Positions 36,250 to 48,738 of a DNA stretch of 64,000 nucleotides are shown here, one piece after another. Each line of letters starts with the position of its first letter. The stretch's first letter is position 1. A program made the translations under genes and the position numbers. Origin of the DNA: Perna viridis (Eukaryota); assembly GCA_037379345.1 (NCBI GenBank), contig CM074519.1:39086103-39150102 (forward strand), given 5' to 3'. The notes beneath the pieces are model-generated. The model had not been told where the DNA came from, did not search any database, and was given only the letters and a program-made list of their open reading frames with translations.

Positions 36250-37474
36250 TAAAGAAACACAGTTTTTGTTAACCGACTTCATTTTTCTTTTTATCGTTTA
36301 TTGTACAGATAAAATTATCTGATCATTTTAAACACTGTTTATGTGTGGATCTGATGAACGTTTGAGCGTTTTAGTATATTTTTTGTTAATCCCGATCCAG
36401 TCATACATTGTCTACTATACATACGTTTTCTGCAAGAGACATTACATCAAATGCTTGAGATAGAAGTAGGAAATAATAGTAATAATAATACATATACTTA
36501 TACTACTACCACACTCTCCAAAGAAGATGGAGTGGAAAACCATAAATCCGAGCTGTCCTCTTTTGGTCTCTGTACTGAGGGCCATGATTTTGATCTTCCA
36601 TCCATGTACCGGATTCCAAAATTCCACGAGTATCCATGGAAGAAACGCTTCATAGCTGGATTTGCACAGTGTACTACTATTCCTCTTCCAAAACTTTTAA
36701 CTTCCGAACACACAGCTATCAAAGATGGTCTTCAATCTTATCACGACACCTACTCCCGTAGTAGTATTAATTCAATATGGACCCTGAAAATTTAAATGCG
36801 AAAAGTCTTCTGGAAAATCTCAAATGCCAGATTTTTGTCAGCATACAATTATATCGAGGCCTATGATTTTTCGACTACTGTTCCCCATATTTAGTTAAAA
36901 TTCCGACTCAAAACATTATAAATAGTTGTTACTCCAGAAAAGTCGCTAAACATAGATACAGACACATAGTGCTTAGTACAGATTCCTCATACTTTGTATA
37001 AAAAATATTTCAAATCTTCTACAATGTCTATCAAAGAAGATGTTGTAAAAAACACATATTTGTGCAGTTATCAAAATAAACTGTCTGAATTCCATGGGAA
37101 AATTTTGTGCTCCGCTCCTCGCTGAACTATTCCTTCATCTAATGTGACTGACTTTTTAACTGATTTGACCCAAAGGAAGGAGGATCATTAGGTCAGATCC
37201 TTTGATCTCAGTTTCCACTGTATAGTAGACGCATTATCGTTAAATAATCCTACTTTCGGGGATTTTATACATTTCATATTCTTCAAAGAACTCGAGATAA
37301 AGGATACAGAAGATACTATAAAGTCAGTCTCATATCTTGACTAACACTTAGAGATGGATGGTTAAGGAAAATACATGTCCTTTGGTGTGTGTGTTTGTTT
37401 CCCCTGTCTAGTATTCATCCTTGGATCATATTCTTTTGATTTCCACTCGAATCTTGGTCCCCTTGATTACGTTT
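36250..37474 (+). mobile_element. Decayed Penelope-like reverse transcriptase plus 3' tail
   Basis: LPSMYRIPKFH..P.K.RFIAG, AYDFST, IPMG..CAPLLA.LFL, IVDALSLNNP, ELEIKDT and SYLD motifs with stops and frameshifts, then the family tail at 37380-37474. Confidence 0.85.
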
Positions 37475-39009
37475 TCAGATAGTTGAAAGAAAAAAGGTAG
37501 ATCAAAATTATATTTGGCAAGTAAAGTACAGAAAAAATCTGTAAAGTACAGTTCGTTTTGTATTTGTAATTTTTTTAGGAAAATTAGAATGATGCAATGT
37601 TTAATATACTTTTAAGGTTATATTATATTCTAGGTATCACGAGATGCTGGAGCCAGAACATGTGTTCCTGATTCAAATGAGTCATGCTATGATAATAATG
37701 CTATATGTAGCTATAATAAGAAGACTAGAAAATGTCGATGGTTAAACGACGACACTTGTTAAAATATTGTTACAATAATTGAATAAACAAGGTATGTTTT
37801 TACCAAAATTCTTTGCAAGAGTATTTCATTTTAAGCAAATTGTATGATATAAAATTCGTAAATGGTATTTTTCATTTACCTTATAGGTTGATTACATAGA
37901 CAATTACATTTTGCGCCACTGTATAAGAAGTAAACAAAATGGTAAAGATGAAAAGTGAAGTATTTGATAAGTATAAAAAATGAATGCAGCAAATTCGAGT
38001 AAAAAAAGAATAAATTGCATAGAAATATGAAACTTGTACTAATTGACTGTCATCGAATCTGATATCCTCGTTCATAACTTAATATGCTTCCATACATTCT
38101 AGAATACAGTATTTTTATATCGATGACTATGATTTGTGCATCGTATTTCGTGAGAGATGGCGACATTCCCTTTTTAGTTTAGTATTCTGGATACAAAATG
38201 CATCTAGGGTTGAAATAATAGGAAAATAAAATTATATACAAGTATATATTGAGTTAAGGTATATTAAAATGCTTCTAAGAATTTGAATAACATGTAATAA
38301 CATAAATATCTTTAAGATAAGATGTTACATGATCTGATAAAGGAACTACCTAATACTAAAAAAAGATTCAGTATCCACAATAACTATTTCAAAATTAAAT
38401 CCCAAAGCAAGAAGACCATAAAAATAAAGCACATAACCATGTAGCGTTCCAAATAAAATATATTACAAATTATTGCTGAATATAAGGGCAATAAAGACGT
38501 AACACAGAAACAAGAACCTAAAGCACTAGCAATATAAAAAAGGGAGTGACAAAGAGGCCCGGATCGGTTAGCATATCATGCTTTGCAAGCAGCAGAAGTC
38601 ATAACGAAAGTAAGTATAATAAGGTAATGGTCTAGCAATAGTAATGCAACTCTCAGACACGAAAATAAAATTAAAGGGGTCTCCATAAAAAGGAGGATTG
38701 ATGTCTTAGGTGAAATTGTTTGTTACTGATTTGCGTTTAAATTGTATGTTTAAATTAATGTTTTTGCCCATAGTAAAAACAGTTTGGAAGTAAGTCATAT
38801 TTTACAGTAACTTACTACTTAAAAGCAAAAAAAGTTTTTTTTTCTACAAAAATATTTATCAAACCCAAAAGTAAAATGATCACTTCTCTTAACAAAAAAA
38901 CATGCCTTTGTACATATTTCTTTTCAATACTTTTACTTCTTTATCTCTCCTCCTTATCTGACTGTATGATGTTGATGAAATAGTCTATTCACTTTTCGTT
39001 TACAATTCA

Positions 39010-42000
39010 GAAATGTGGCGATCCCTGATCAATGGCACTACCTTTAAACGGAAAGGGGATGGGTAGTGACCTACAGGATTGCCATAGGTCTGTTTCATTG
39101 TAGAGTAAAAAAGACCGCGGATATCTTCGTCAATTCAGATTTTTTAGAACTAATTAAAATTAACTTACATTGTACAGTTTTTATAATACTTTGACTTTAC
39201 TCCAGTCAGGGTTCCCAAAAAATTACATCGTTTTCCTGCTGTTTGAAGTCCACTTCATTTTAATTATTGGTAATGTGGAACAAAATCCAGGGGTCTGTTG
39301 TTCAACTTATCGAGTAATTAATATTAAGGAGTCATTAAAACTTAATTGACTGATCAGTAAATCAAATGATTAAATTTTGTTGTTCAACTTAATTTAATCA
39401 TTGCATTTGTTAATCATTGTATTAAATTTTAATTGCATGATTAAAATACAAGTGTATCCCATAATGCACTTTAAATATCAACTTCTGGCACTTCCTGTTA
39501 CATTGATATAACCAAATATTGATAATGTAGCATATCCTTCTTAAATATTACATTTCTATGTGACAAAAATAAGTTATAAAGTAAAATAAGGTACCAAGAG
39601 ACAAGACTCATTTCTGAATGGTTTTGTAAAAACTTACACTTTTTCATAGTCTTGCATTCAAGACAAGCGTATTTCATATTGTGGTACCTAAGTACATGTT
39701 ATTGATATTACATTCACTTTGACTTACTAAAAGTAAAACTGTTAACTTTTCAAACTTTGTTTACATTGTTTCAAGGTCAATGGGAGATAACTCTATACCT
39801 GGTCCTACTAAAAACATGATTTCGACTCTGACTCATTATCACAAACTGTGTAAATGGTGTTTTAATTATGTGATTAAAGTTTTAATTCAGTGGGTGAATT
39901 AAATTTAATGACACGATCAGCATTTTAAATGATTCATTAAATTTAATGACAAGTTGAACAACAAGTTAATTACATAATTAATTTTAATCAATTGATTAAG
40001 GTATTTTAATTACTAATTAAGATTAATGACAAGTTGAACAACAGACCCCTGGTCCTTCAACCGAAGCAAGTAGTTCTGACGATAAATGTATTTCTATATG
40101 TAATATAAATATCCGTAGTATCAGAAATAAAGTTGAATTCCTAAATGACTTCTTTGAGGAGTTCGACGTATTAACGATTATTGAAACACATTTAAATCCA
40201 GCAATAAAAGACACTGATATCCAACTGGATTCATTCAGTTCAAATATAGAACGTAAAGATAGGAACACGTTTGGGGGACGTCTTCTCGTTTATGTTAAAG
40301 ATCACGTGGGCATCGATCGTGTACCCGAATTAGAATATCAGACTGATGAAAATTGTGGGTAAAAATCATGACAAAAGGCCAGACATTACTTATTTGTAAT
40401 ACATATCGACCAGAATGGACGGACGATCTTTACTGGACACGGTTAAATCACTCATTAGGTATTGCAAGTCAAATATGTAATAATATTGTGGTTGTCGGAG
40501 ACCTAAACTCAGACTTATTCAAAATGAATAATAATAAACTGCTTAACAATATCAATCTCTTCAATTTAAATAATGCAATAAGAAAGCCAACAAGGATAAC
40601 TGATTATAGTAGGACTCTCCTAGATCCAATAATTTTAAACGACTCTCTCAAATGTATATACTCAGATGTACTAGAAATCCCCCGAGTAATAAGTGATCAT
40701 GATGCACCTGTCGCTTTTCTTGAATGTCCTAAAACGGAATCAAAATCGTATAAACGTGAAATATGGGTCTATGCCAGAGTTGACACAGTGAAATTTAATG
40801 CTGAACTACACGAAGTTGACTGGGCAACACTACTTCCTGACAGCATAGATGTTGATAGCGCAAGTGACATTGTTACCGATAATTTTTTACAAATTGCCCG
40901 AAACTCCATACCCACTAAATATGTAATTATTAGAAAAAAACGATAAACACTGGTTTAATAGTGAGTTAAGGCAAAAAATAAAGAAAAGAGACCGATTACG
41001 GAAACGCGCCCTCCTTACAAACAAAGACAATGATATTACAAAGTTCAAACAGCAGAGAAACAAAGTAATAATATGAAGAAAAGCGCAAAAGAAAAAATCG
41101 AGCAAAACTTAGATAATATTATACTTGATAATGCCGGCAACCCAAAAACTTATTGAAAACTAATTAATTAATTAAATGTTAATTAAATCTTTCAAAGGGA
41201 AAAGTCAAATGCCCCCACTACAAAACATTATAAATGATCCATGGTTTGGAGATTTTGTCTTTGATGACGATGAGAAATCAAATCTTGTTAATGAATATTT
41301 TTCAAATTTATCACGCGTAGATGACATTAATATTTCTCTTCCAGAATATTGTGATAGGACAGAAAACTTTTTATCGGAAATTGATATTGAATCAAATGAG
41401 ATCATCGATATTATCAAGGTCATTGAGCCAGATAAAGCATCTTGTCAGATATCATTAGTCATAAAATGTTAAAAATATCCCCCGAAAAAAATAGCTATTC
41501 TTCTAAAAATAATCTTTAATAAGTCATTGCAACAATGTAAATTTCCTTCCCAGTGGAAGATGGGAAATGCTATGCTGTATTTAAGAAGGGGGACCAGTCA
41601 TTGCCCTCAAACTATAGGCCGATTTTGTTGATAAGCTGTGTAGGAAAGGTTATGTAAATAATTATTTTAAAACATGTATATAATCATTTGTACAATAATA
41701 ACTTAATTTATAAGTACCAGTCAGGCTTCCTTTCAAAAATATTCCACAGTTCACCAGTTATTAGAAATGTACAATTGCATATTGAATTCATTTGAAAATA
41801 GAGAAATAAATTGTTTTGTTTTCTGTAATTTGTCAAAAGCGTTTGACAAAGTATGGCATGACGGATTACTACTTAAACTGAAAGTCGATGGGATAAAGGG
41901 CTCATTATTCAACTGGTTCAAAAGTTACCTCTCTGAAATAAACCAAAAGGTATTAATAAACCAATCTTCGTCTTCCACCTGTAATATTCAGGCGGGTGTT

Positions 42001-43290
42001 CCCCAAGGATATGTACGTGGCCCTTTGCTCTTTGTAATATATATCAACGATATAGCAGATACATTTACTCCACTGTGTAGATTATTTGCCGATGACACTT
42101 CATTCATCTTTTTCCAGTTAAAATCATGAACAAATTAAACCTGTAATTGATCAAGATCTGGCATAGCTGGATGAATGGTCCAAGAAATGGCAAATGTCCT
42201 TCAATCCTGATGAAACAGAAATTATGCTATTTTCCAATAATGCATTACCTACTCTCAATTTTGGATTAAATTGAAAAAAAAGTATTCCAATTACAAACCC
42301 ATAAGCACTTGGGTATTACCTTTTCTAATGATGCAAACTGGCAGAAGCACATTGACAATACAATAGTAAGCATATCCAAACACTTAAATGTGCTACGTAA
42401 ATTACAATATCAATTAGGCAGGAAAACCTTAGAAAAGTTTTATCTGGTTTTTATTAGACCTATTTTTGAATATGCAACTGAAGTTTGGGATAACTGTGGG
42501 GTTGGTAATTCTAATAAATTGGAACAATTACAATTAGATTGTGCAAGAATAGTGACTGGTTTGCCAATTTTTACAAAAAAAAAAAAAGAATTAATCTATA
42601 AAGAAGTTGGGTGGGAAACATTAGCAAAAAAAAAAAAAAAAGAAAGAAAAGAAGACTACAAATGCTTTTTAATATGACAAATAATAACGCTCCTAATTAT
42701 TTTTGTAATCTTTTACCTCCTAATATACAAAGTCCTACAATGTACCCCCTAAGAAATGGGGAAGATATCATTGTACCTTTTTGTAGATTGTCTTCAACTA
42801 TAGATTCATTCATACCTGCAACAATTAAAGAATGGAAAACTCTTGACCTCTCAATACGCCACTCAAAATCATTTGGACACTTTAAAATTGCATTAAAAGG
42901 GAGAACTGTCAAAACTGAAATTCCAGAATACTTCTCATTTGGTCCAAGAAAACTTAATATTATACTTACACAACTAAGATGTTCTGCCTCATTTTTGAAC
43001 AATGATTTATGTAAAGCTAACATTATCTCAGACCCGGCTTGTCGCTGTGGATATTCAATTGAAAATGCCCAACAGTATTTTTTTTAATGTCCTTTGTACA
43101 GGGAATACAGGGAATTACTTATCAATTATCTCATTTGGCTACCTAACACCATCCCGTTTGATATTAATTGATTATTAGTTTCTGGGAATCAAGAGTGATC
43201 TTTAGCTGAAAAAAAAGAGTGTGTTTAGTCACGTTTTCGCTTTCATAAAGCGGTCTTAAAGATTCATAATAGCTTATGTACTACTAGCGA
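39010..43290 (+). mobile_element. Decayed CR1/L2-group non-LTR retrotransposon ORF2 (2A-like leader, APE endonuclease, RT, C-terminal Cys/His region)
   Basis: MG...RIAIGLFHC (39059), GNVEQNP|GP, CNINIRSIRNK..IIETHL, VGDLN, SDH, NYRPI.L.SC.GK, SKAFDKVWH, GVPQG..GPLLF.IYIND, LFADDT, CRCG..E...YFF.CPLY; many stops and frameshifts. Confidence 0.93.
39291..40048. mobile_element. PIF/Harbinger-like MITE inserted in the LINE
   Basis: CAG|GGGTCTGTTGTTCAACTT ... AAGTTGAACAACAGACCC|CTG: 18-bp perfect TIRs, CWG target and subterminal repeats. Removing it restores the LINE reading frame. Confidence 0.88.
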
Positions 43291-44309
43291 ACATGTCTTA
43301 AATGGGCTATGCTCATCAACACCGTCAAATCTGTACAAATCACTTCTTCTCCTTTGTAGCTAACTTCTTACTTTTTTGTCCGTTTCAACATGCGGTGGAC
43401 AACATTTCTAGACACATCAACTTTGTGTTTAACCACCTTCAAATGTTCAATGATTTGGGTCAAATAAGATGTCGAATGATTATGTGAAAAATGTGTTCAT
43501 GGACCGATAAAACAATACAAATGAAGATTAAGTAAATAGTTAATCTTCATTTGCAAAACAAGTACCATTCTGTTGAAATGTAGAACTATTATTGACATCA
43601 CAATGATAACTGGTTTAACTGAGTTAACACCTATCCTAAAATCTAGAATCTTGGTTCCTTCTTGATTACTCTTTAAATGAGATCACAAAGCTTTGCAACG
43701 TTACTTTAATAACTCTAAGTAATTCTTTAAAAAAAACTATAAATTTAAACTACGAATTATATTTAGTTAGAAACTGACAGGAATGATGGCGATGCAAGTT
43801 TATGTTGTATAAAATTTCGTACTTTGTTTCACTAAGTTTCATGAGTATCTAAAGGTATAAAGGGAACCAGGATAATGACATAGAAATTAACCAAGGGATT
43901 ACACAAGACAAAAAAGTGGAAACACCCAATACAGAACATGAAATAACCAAAATATATAGCACAAATATTAGTGGTGAAATTGATTCCTTTATTGATTCCT
44001 TAAATTGTCTTAAATATATAATATTGTTTAAAAAAACTTAAGATACAACTGTAACTATGTCGAGTATTCATTATAATCACTTATTGTTTTTGGAAATATT
44101 AGTCTGCTTACAAATCATGTAATGTTTATTTTTCCCAGTTTATGCCAAAATTGATTAGATTAGACATGTTTAAAATGTAATGTACCGGAAATACTTCCGG
44201 TTGTAAGCCGGAACTGATTATCAAAACTAAAAAGTTTTACAGCAGCTGGTATGAATGAATTTCATATCAAATGCTCCATACATTAAGCATATACGTCATG
44301 TATTTTTAG

Positions 44310-47200
44310 TTATGGTAGGAGAGGTTTTTAGTATTGCAATCGGGAAAACAATTTATAGGAACAATGTCAAAGTATTAGCAGTTTTCAACGTGAGGTGATC
44401 CATGTACTTTATGACTTTTTATCAGATAATGTTTTTATTGTATATGAAAGCTGTAGCGAGAAAAAAAGACCCGTCATATTAATCAGTTCATTCTAGATGA
44501 AAAACAAGTTATAGATCCATGAAGTTTTCTTCCATGAATGGAAATGACATACAATTTGATAGACATTGACTTTGAAATCACTTACACTATCAAACAGTTA
44601 TTATGAAAATAAACTGGTATTAATAATTATATGAAATAGAACCATACAAAAAAAGAGATATGATCAGGGAGGTCCCTCGAACATCGCTTTAAGAAATAAT
44701 GATCTGATAATAAAATGATCAAAGTCATTATAGTTTTGGAATACGGCAAAATGTCCATATATAATAGACTTCCTTCTTCTAACACTGGCCTTGACTATCG
44801 AAAAGTATCACAGTTGGTTTCTTACAAACAGCAGGAACTGTCCAGTCTTCCAGAGCATCTGAGTTACAACTAGCAATGCCGTTCATTTGTCTGTCCTTAC
44901 TTAGTGTTTGTATGTATTTTGTCATTTGTGTCTTCCCTGTGTTGTCTTCTGCTAGAACTGTTGCTTCACTCTTCTTTGCAATACTTCTAAAGTGTTTTAT
45001 ATAAACATAAAAAAAGTAAATAAAAAAGATTGAATTAAATAACAAATTGGAAGTGTTGATTGTCAAAATATTGTCGTTTCGCTCAACGTTGATAAAAAAC
45101 CAGCTGTATTAAATTATTGTATTAATGGTTACATACTGTAACAAGATAAATATAAAGATTATTTTCTGACAATTCGAAATGTTTGTGTATATCAATAACC
45201 AAATCATTATCCATTAACATTTAACAAAGGGATCAAGAGAGTCAGACATTGGAAAAACCTATCATGTATATACCCAAATCTATGGTGAGAAGTGTGATCG
45301 TTTAAGGAAAGGGACAATTTAGGCAATTGGTGGTGAGTAAGAAATGCAAGTTGAAATCATCATCAGACCTCACTATTTTTTCACTTTTTGGTTTTTTATA
45401 ACTTTACTGTTTTAATATTGGTGCACGAACATATTGACTATTGTCAATATCGTTACCAAGTAAAGCTTGAATTATTGATTTTCCGTCATTTATTGAATTG
45501 TTAAATCTACATTCATTTTTAAATTCAAGACATTATGCTTCAAAAAGTTATACCAATATCATACTCTACTTGCGTTTTCAGCAAAGAACAGATATCTTTT
45601 TATTCGACCTCCAGCGTTTCAATACCAGTACTCATGAATGACAGTTCAACAACACATGTGTATTTGGTCAAAGCGTGGAAGGTTTTCATACGGAGCAAAT
45701 TGTAGATGCAGGGTAAATACAAAAAGAACGTTTGTTTGAATATACATATTGCTTGTTTACTGTCTTTGAATGTAGTTATTGGAAACTGCCAGGTTTTAAA
45801 TTTCATTTGGGACTTTTTTTAATGACATACCCCTACTAGACAAAGTAACGACTGACATGGCATTCCACATTCTTTTTTGTTATTAATACAAAGATGAAAT
45901 GTCTCAATCAAAGCATTATCGATCTATGATAAATACATTTGGTCTACTGCATTGGTAAAAAATGCTGCATTAGATTTTTTTTTCAAAACAAAATTAAATT
46001 TTTAAAGAGACATTTTCGGCTATTACAACACTTTATAGATTCTTCTAGTGCAAAATGTCGATGTCATCGCTTGTTTGGTTGAGTTAGACCAAAAATGTAT
46101 ATGTTACATGTACCAACTGTTGCAATTAGGTAGACAAAATATGTCCAACTCAACGTACAAAAAAGTTGAATTAGACAATTTGTGTCCTATTCAACAGTAC
46201 ATTTGCTTTGTTGTTTAAAGACAACGTATTTTTGTGTTGAGTTTGACAAATTATGTTTTTAATGAACATTTTAAGTGTTGATATGGTAAAAGTATGATTT
46301 AGTGAGCGTTTAAGTAGACAGATTTTTTTCCTCGAGTTAAATTTTGACTTTACATGGTCACTACAGTAACTATTTTAACCAGCAGTGTACAGATTTGTAC
46401 TGCATTTAAATATGATTACTTAAAATGAGTTAGACACAGCCAAAAAGCGAACATCGCACCTAAACATTTGCCTTAGATTGTAAAATCATTGAAAAAAGGA
46501 CGATAGCTGAAAGGGCCGAGATTGGATAGGTCAGCTTTTTAAAAATAATTCAGCGTACCGGCTCTTGATTGTGTAAATAACTTTTTCCTCCTTTGTTTTT
46601 GAATTGCATATTTAGATTTAAATCAATTTAAAAGCTACTTTTACTTGGAGTACACTTCTCTGACATATTTCTGCGGGCCTGTCTGGTACAGTCTTTAAAC
46701 TTTCATTTTTGTTAACTGAGATACTATGATTGTTCATTAAACGTGTTTATGCTAATAAATGCTGTCAACATTTTCTCTCTTTTCATACAAACCGTTTTAA
46801 CATATTATCAACTGACTGATTTTAGTCAGTTTTATATCATGCATTGATACAAGAGTAATCAAGAGAACCAAGGTTATAGCGGTAATCAAAAGAATGTAAT
46901 CCAGGGACAAAGACCAGACATAGAAAACAGACAAAGAACATAAAGTAACTAAAATAATAAATACAAAGTAACAAAGTAAAAGAGCAACTCGGACTCCACT
47001 AAACACTGGTTATCATTTCGTCTCCCTGAGTGCAACATGACAACCATTTTTTTTTAAATTTGATCATACTATTTCTGGTGTATTATTCTCACAGTTTCGT
47101 TATTTACTTTCTTCAGTGAATCTTTACTGAAATTATAGTGGCATCGGCTTATACATGTATGTTCTTATTCCTAGGTGTCAACCGGTGCTATTAATATTGT
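44310..47200 (+). pseudogene. TIMP-like B4 pseudogene (exon 1 deleted, exon 5 truncated)
   Basis: Exon 2 44310-44389 (MVGEVFSIAIGKTIYRNNVKVLAVFN), exon 3 45230-45332 (stop TAG 45320), exon 4 45582-45712 (stop TGA 45635; ...YGANCRCR), exon 5 stub AG|GTGTCAACCGGTGCT at 47175. Confidence 0.88.
46850..47006 (-). mobile_element. Penelope-like element 3' tail
   Basis: AAGAGTAATCAAGAGAACCAAGGTTATAGCGG...GAGCAACTCGGACTCCACTAAA. Further fragments at ~5900-6000, 31005-31030, 43640-43675, 49975-50035, 50780-51030, 52958-53000 and 55461-55556. Confidence 0.85.
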
Positions 47201-48738
47201 TGGCGTTTCAGTAAAGTAATAAGGAACTTTATAATTTTTCTTTTGTTGAGGAAAGAAATCCATCAACTGATTTTTTTTTCTGATTAGTATTATTGTGAAA
47301 TAGTTTGCAACAATATCAAACAATGTAGTTTTGAACAATAATTATGCATATAATCAGGTGAAAAACTACAAATTTTAATACCAGAAAAAAATGGAATCAA
47401 TTCTTCCTCTGTTGTTTTAATATTTGTTCTGTTGAACGATTTCGACGGTTTTCTCCCCACGATATAGCATTTTACTGATTAGTAAAGCATTAGGACCGTC
47501 ACAATCTCTATAATAAGAACCTAGGACACGTGTTGGCATATGCTTCATTTCATTGACTTTCGCAAAACAGGTTAAAGAGGGGAAAATGATCCTATTGACA
47601 TATACGGAGTCTTCTTGTTTGTAATACGATCAACGACCTGTCACCGATTACTCATTACTTGACTTGATCCCTAAACCAGCAGCACGGAAAAAGAAGCAAA
47701 TGCTTATCCTCCCTGAACACCTGCGTTCACCTCTGTGGTTCATATAATTATAAGGGATGGTTGCTGTTTACGTTTCTGAGTGTACAGTTTTGTTTTTGTT
47801 ACTGTTTGATCATGTATTGTGTTGCTCCTGATATTGTATTGTTTAATGGTTTTCCACAAGTTTACATTACCAGTATTGCTACTCTTTATTAATCGATTGA
47901 AAAGTTGTGAAATTGAAACTAAATATATATCCAATCTTTTGAATGATCAATGGTATTTCGGCGGTTGGATTTTCATGCTATTTCTGACAATGATAAATTT
48001 CAACAAGTTATAAATAGAATGATAATATATATATTCATGTGATCAAGGTATTTATGAAAAGTAGAAAATACTTACGATATAAACGTAAATAAAGACTTCT
48101 TCAAATGAACTGCATTTGTAACATAACAAGGGATCTATAGAGAAACTATATTGATGATTAGATGACCTTACATATTACCTTTATTATGTAATAATAAGCG
48201 AGCTAAGCAAGCTTGCTCTTTAAATGTATATTTGATCACTTGAGAAACTTTCGTCAAAGCAAAACACTACATCTTTATCAATTAAAGCTTTGAAATGTAT
48301 TGAAAACAATGCCTAGACAAAACATTTTAAAGACGTTTATGTTATCTGATCAGAACTCCCCGGCCATTTAAAAAATAAACCTACTGCCGATAATGCTAAA
48401 ACCAGACATTCCACGCCGAACCCAGGACTATTCAAACCGATAAAATAAAACATATTTGGAATATCTTTTGCTGACTCCCACAGATAAAAAAAATCCAAAA
48501 TCAAATTTAACAGAAGTGGAAACTAACATGAATTTCACTTTATTTAAAAGGAATCCTACTGAATGCCTCGCTTGCTTTTAAGGCTAATTCCTTCCTTTTA
48601 TTACATATAAATTGAATATTATACTAAATACAGCTTATACAAAACAAGACGTGAAAAGAGATTTGGAGCGGATTAAGCACCAGCTGAAAGTCATAAGTGT
48701 AATGTGTTAACGTAATATACACTGCTTGATGAACAAAA

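Larger units (their letters stand above)
33515..37762 (+). pseudogene. TIMP-like B3 pseudogene
   Basis: Exons 33515-33644 (LSIG|CGIPGPPWVGHPQNYFC), 34395-34474, 34860-34942, 35371-35507, 37634-37762. Exon 3 has an extra A, deletions around AACG and a truncated end, and still reaches a stop if the A is removed. The exon 2 acceptor is duplicated 13 nt apart. Confidence 0.85.
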
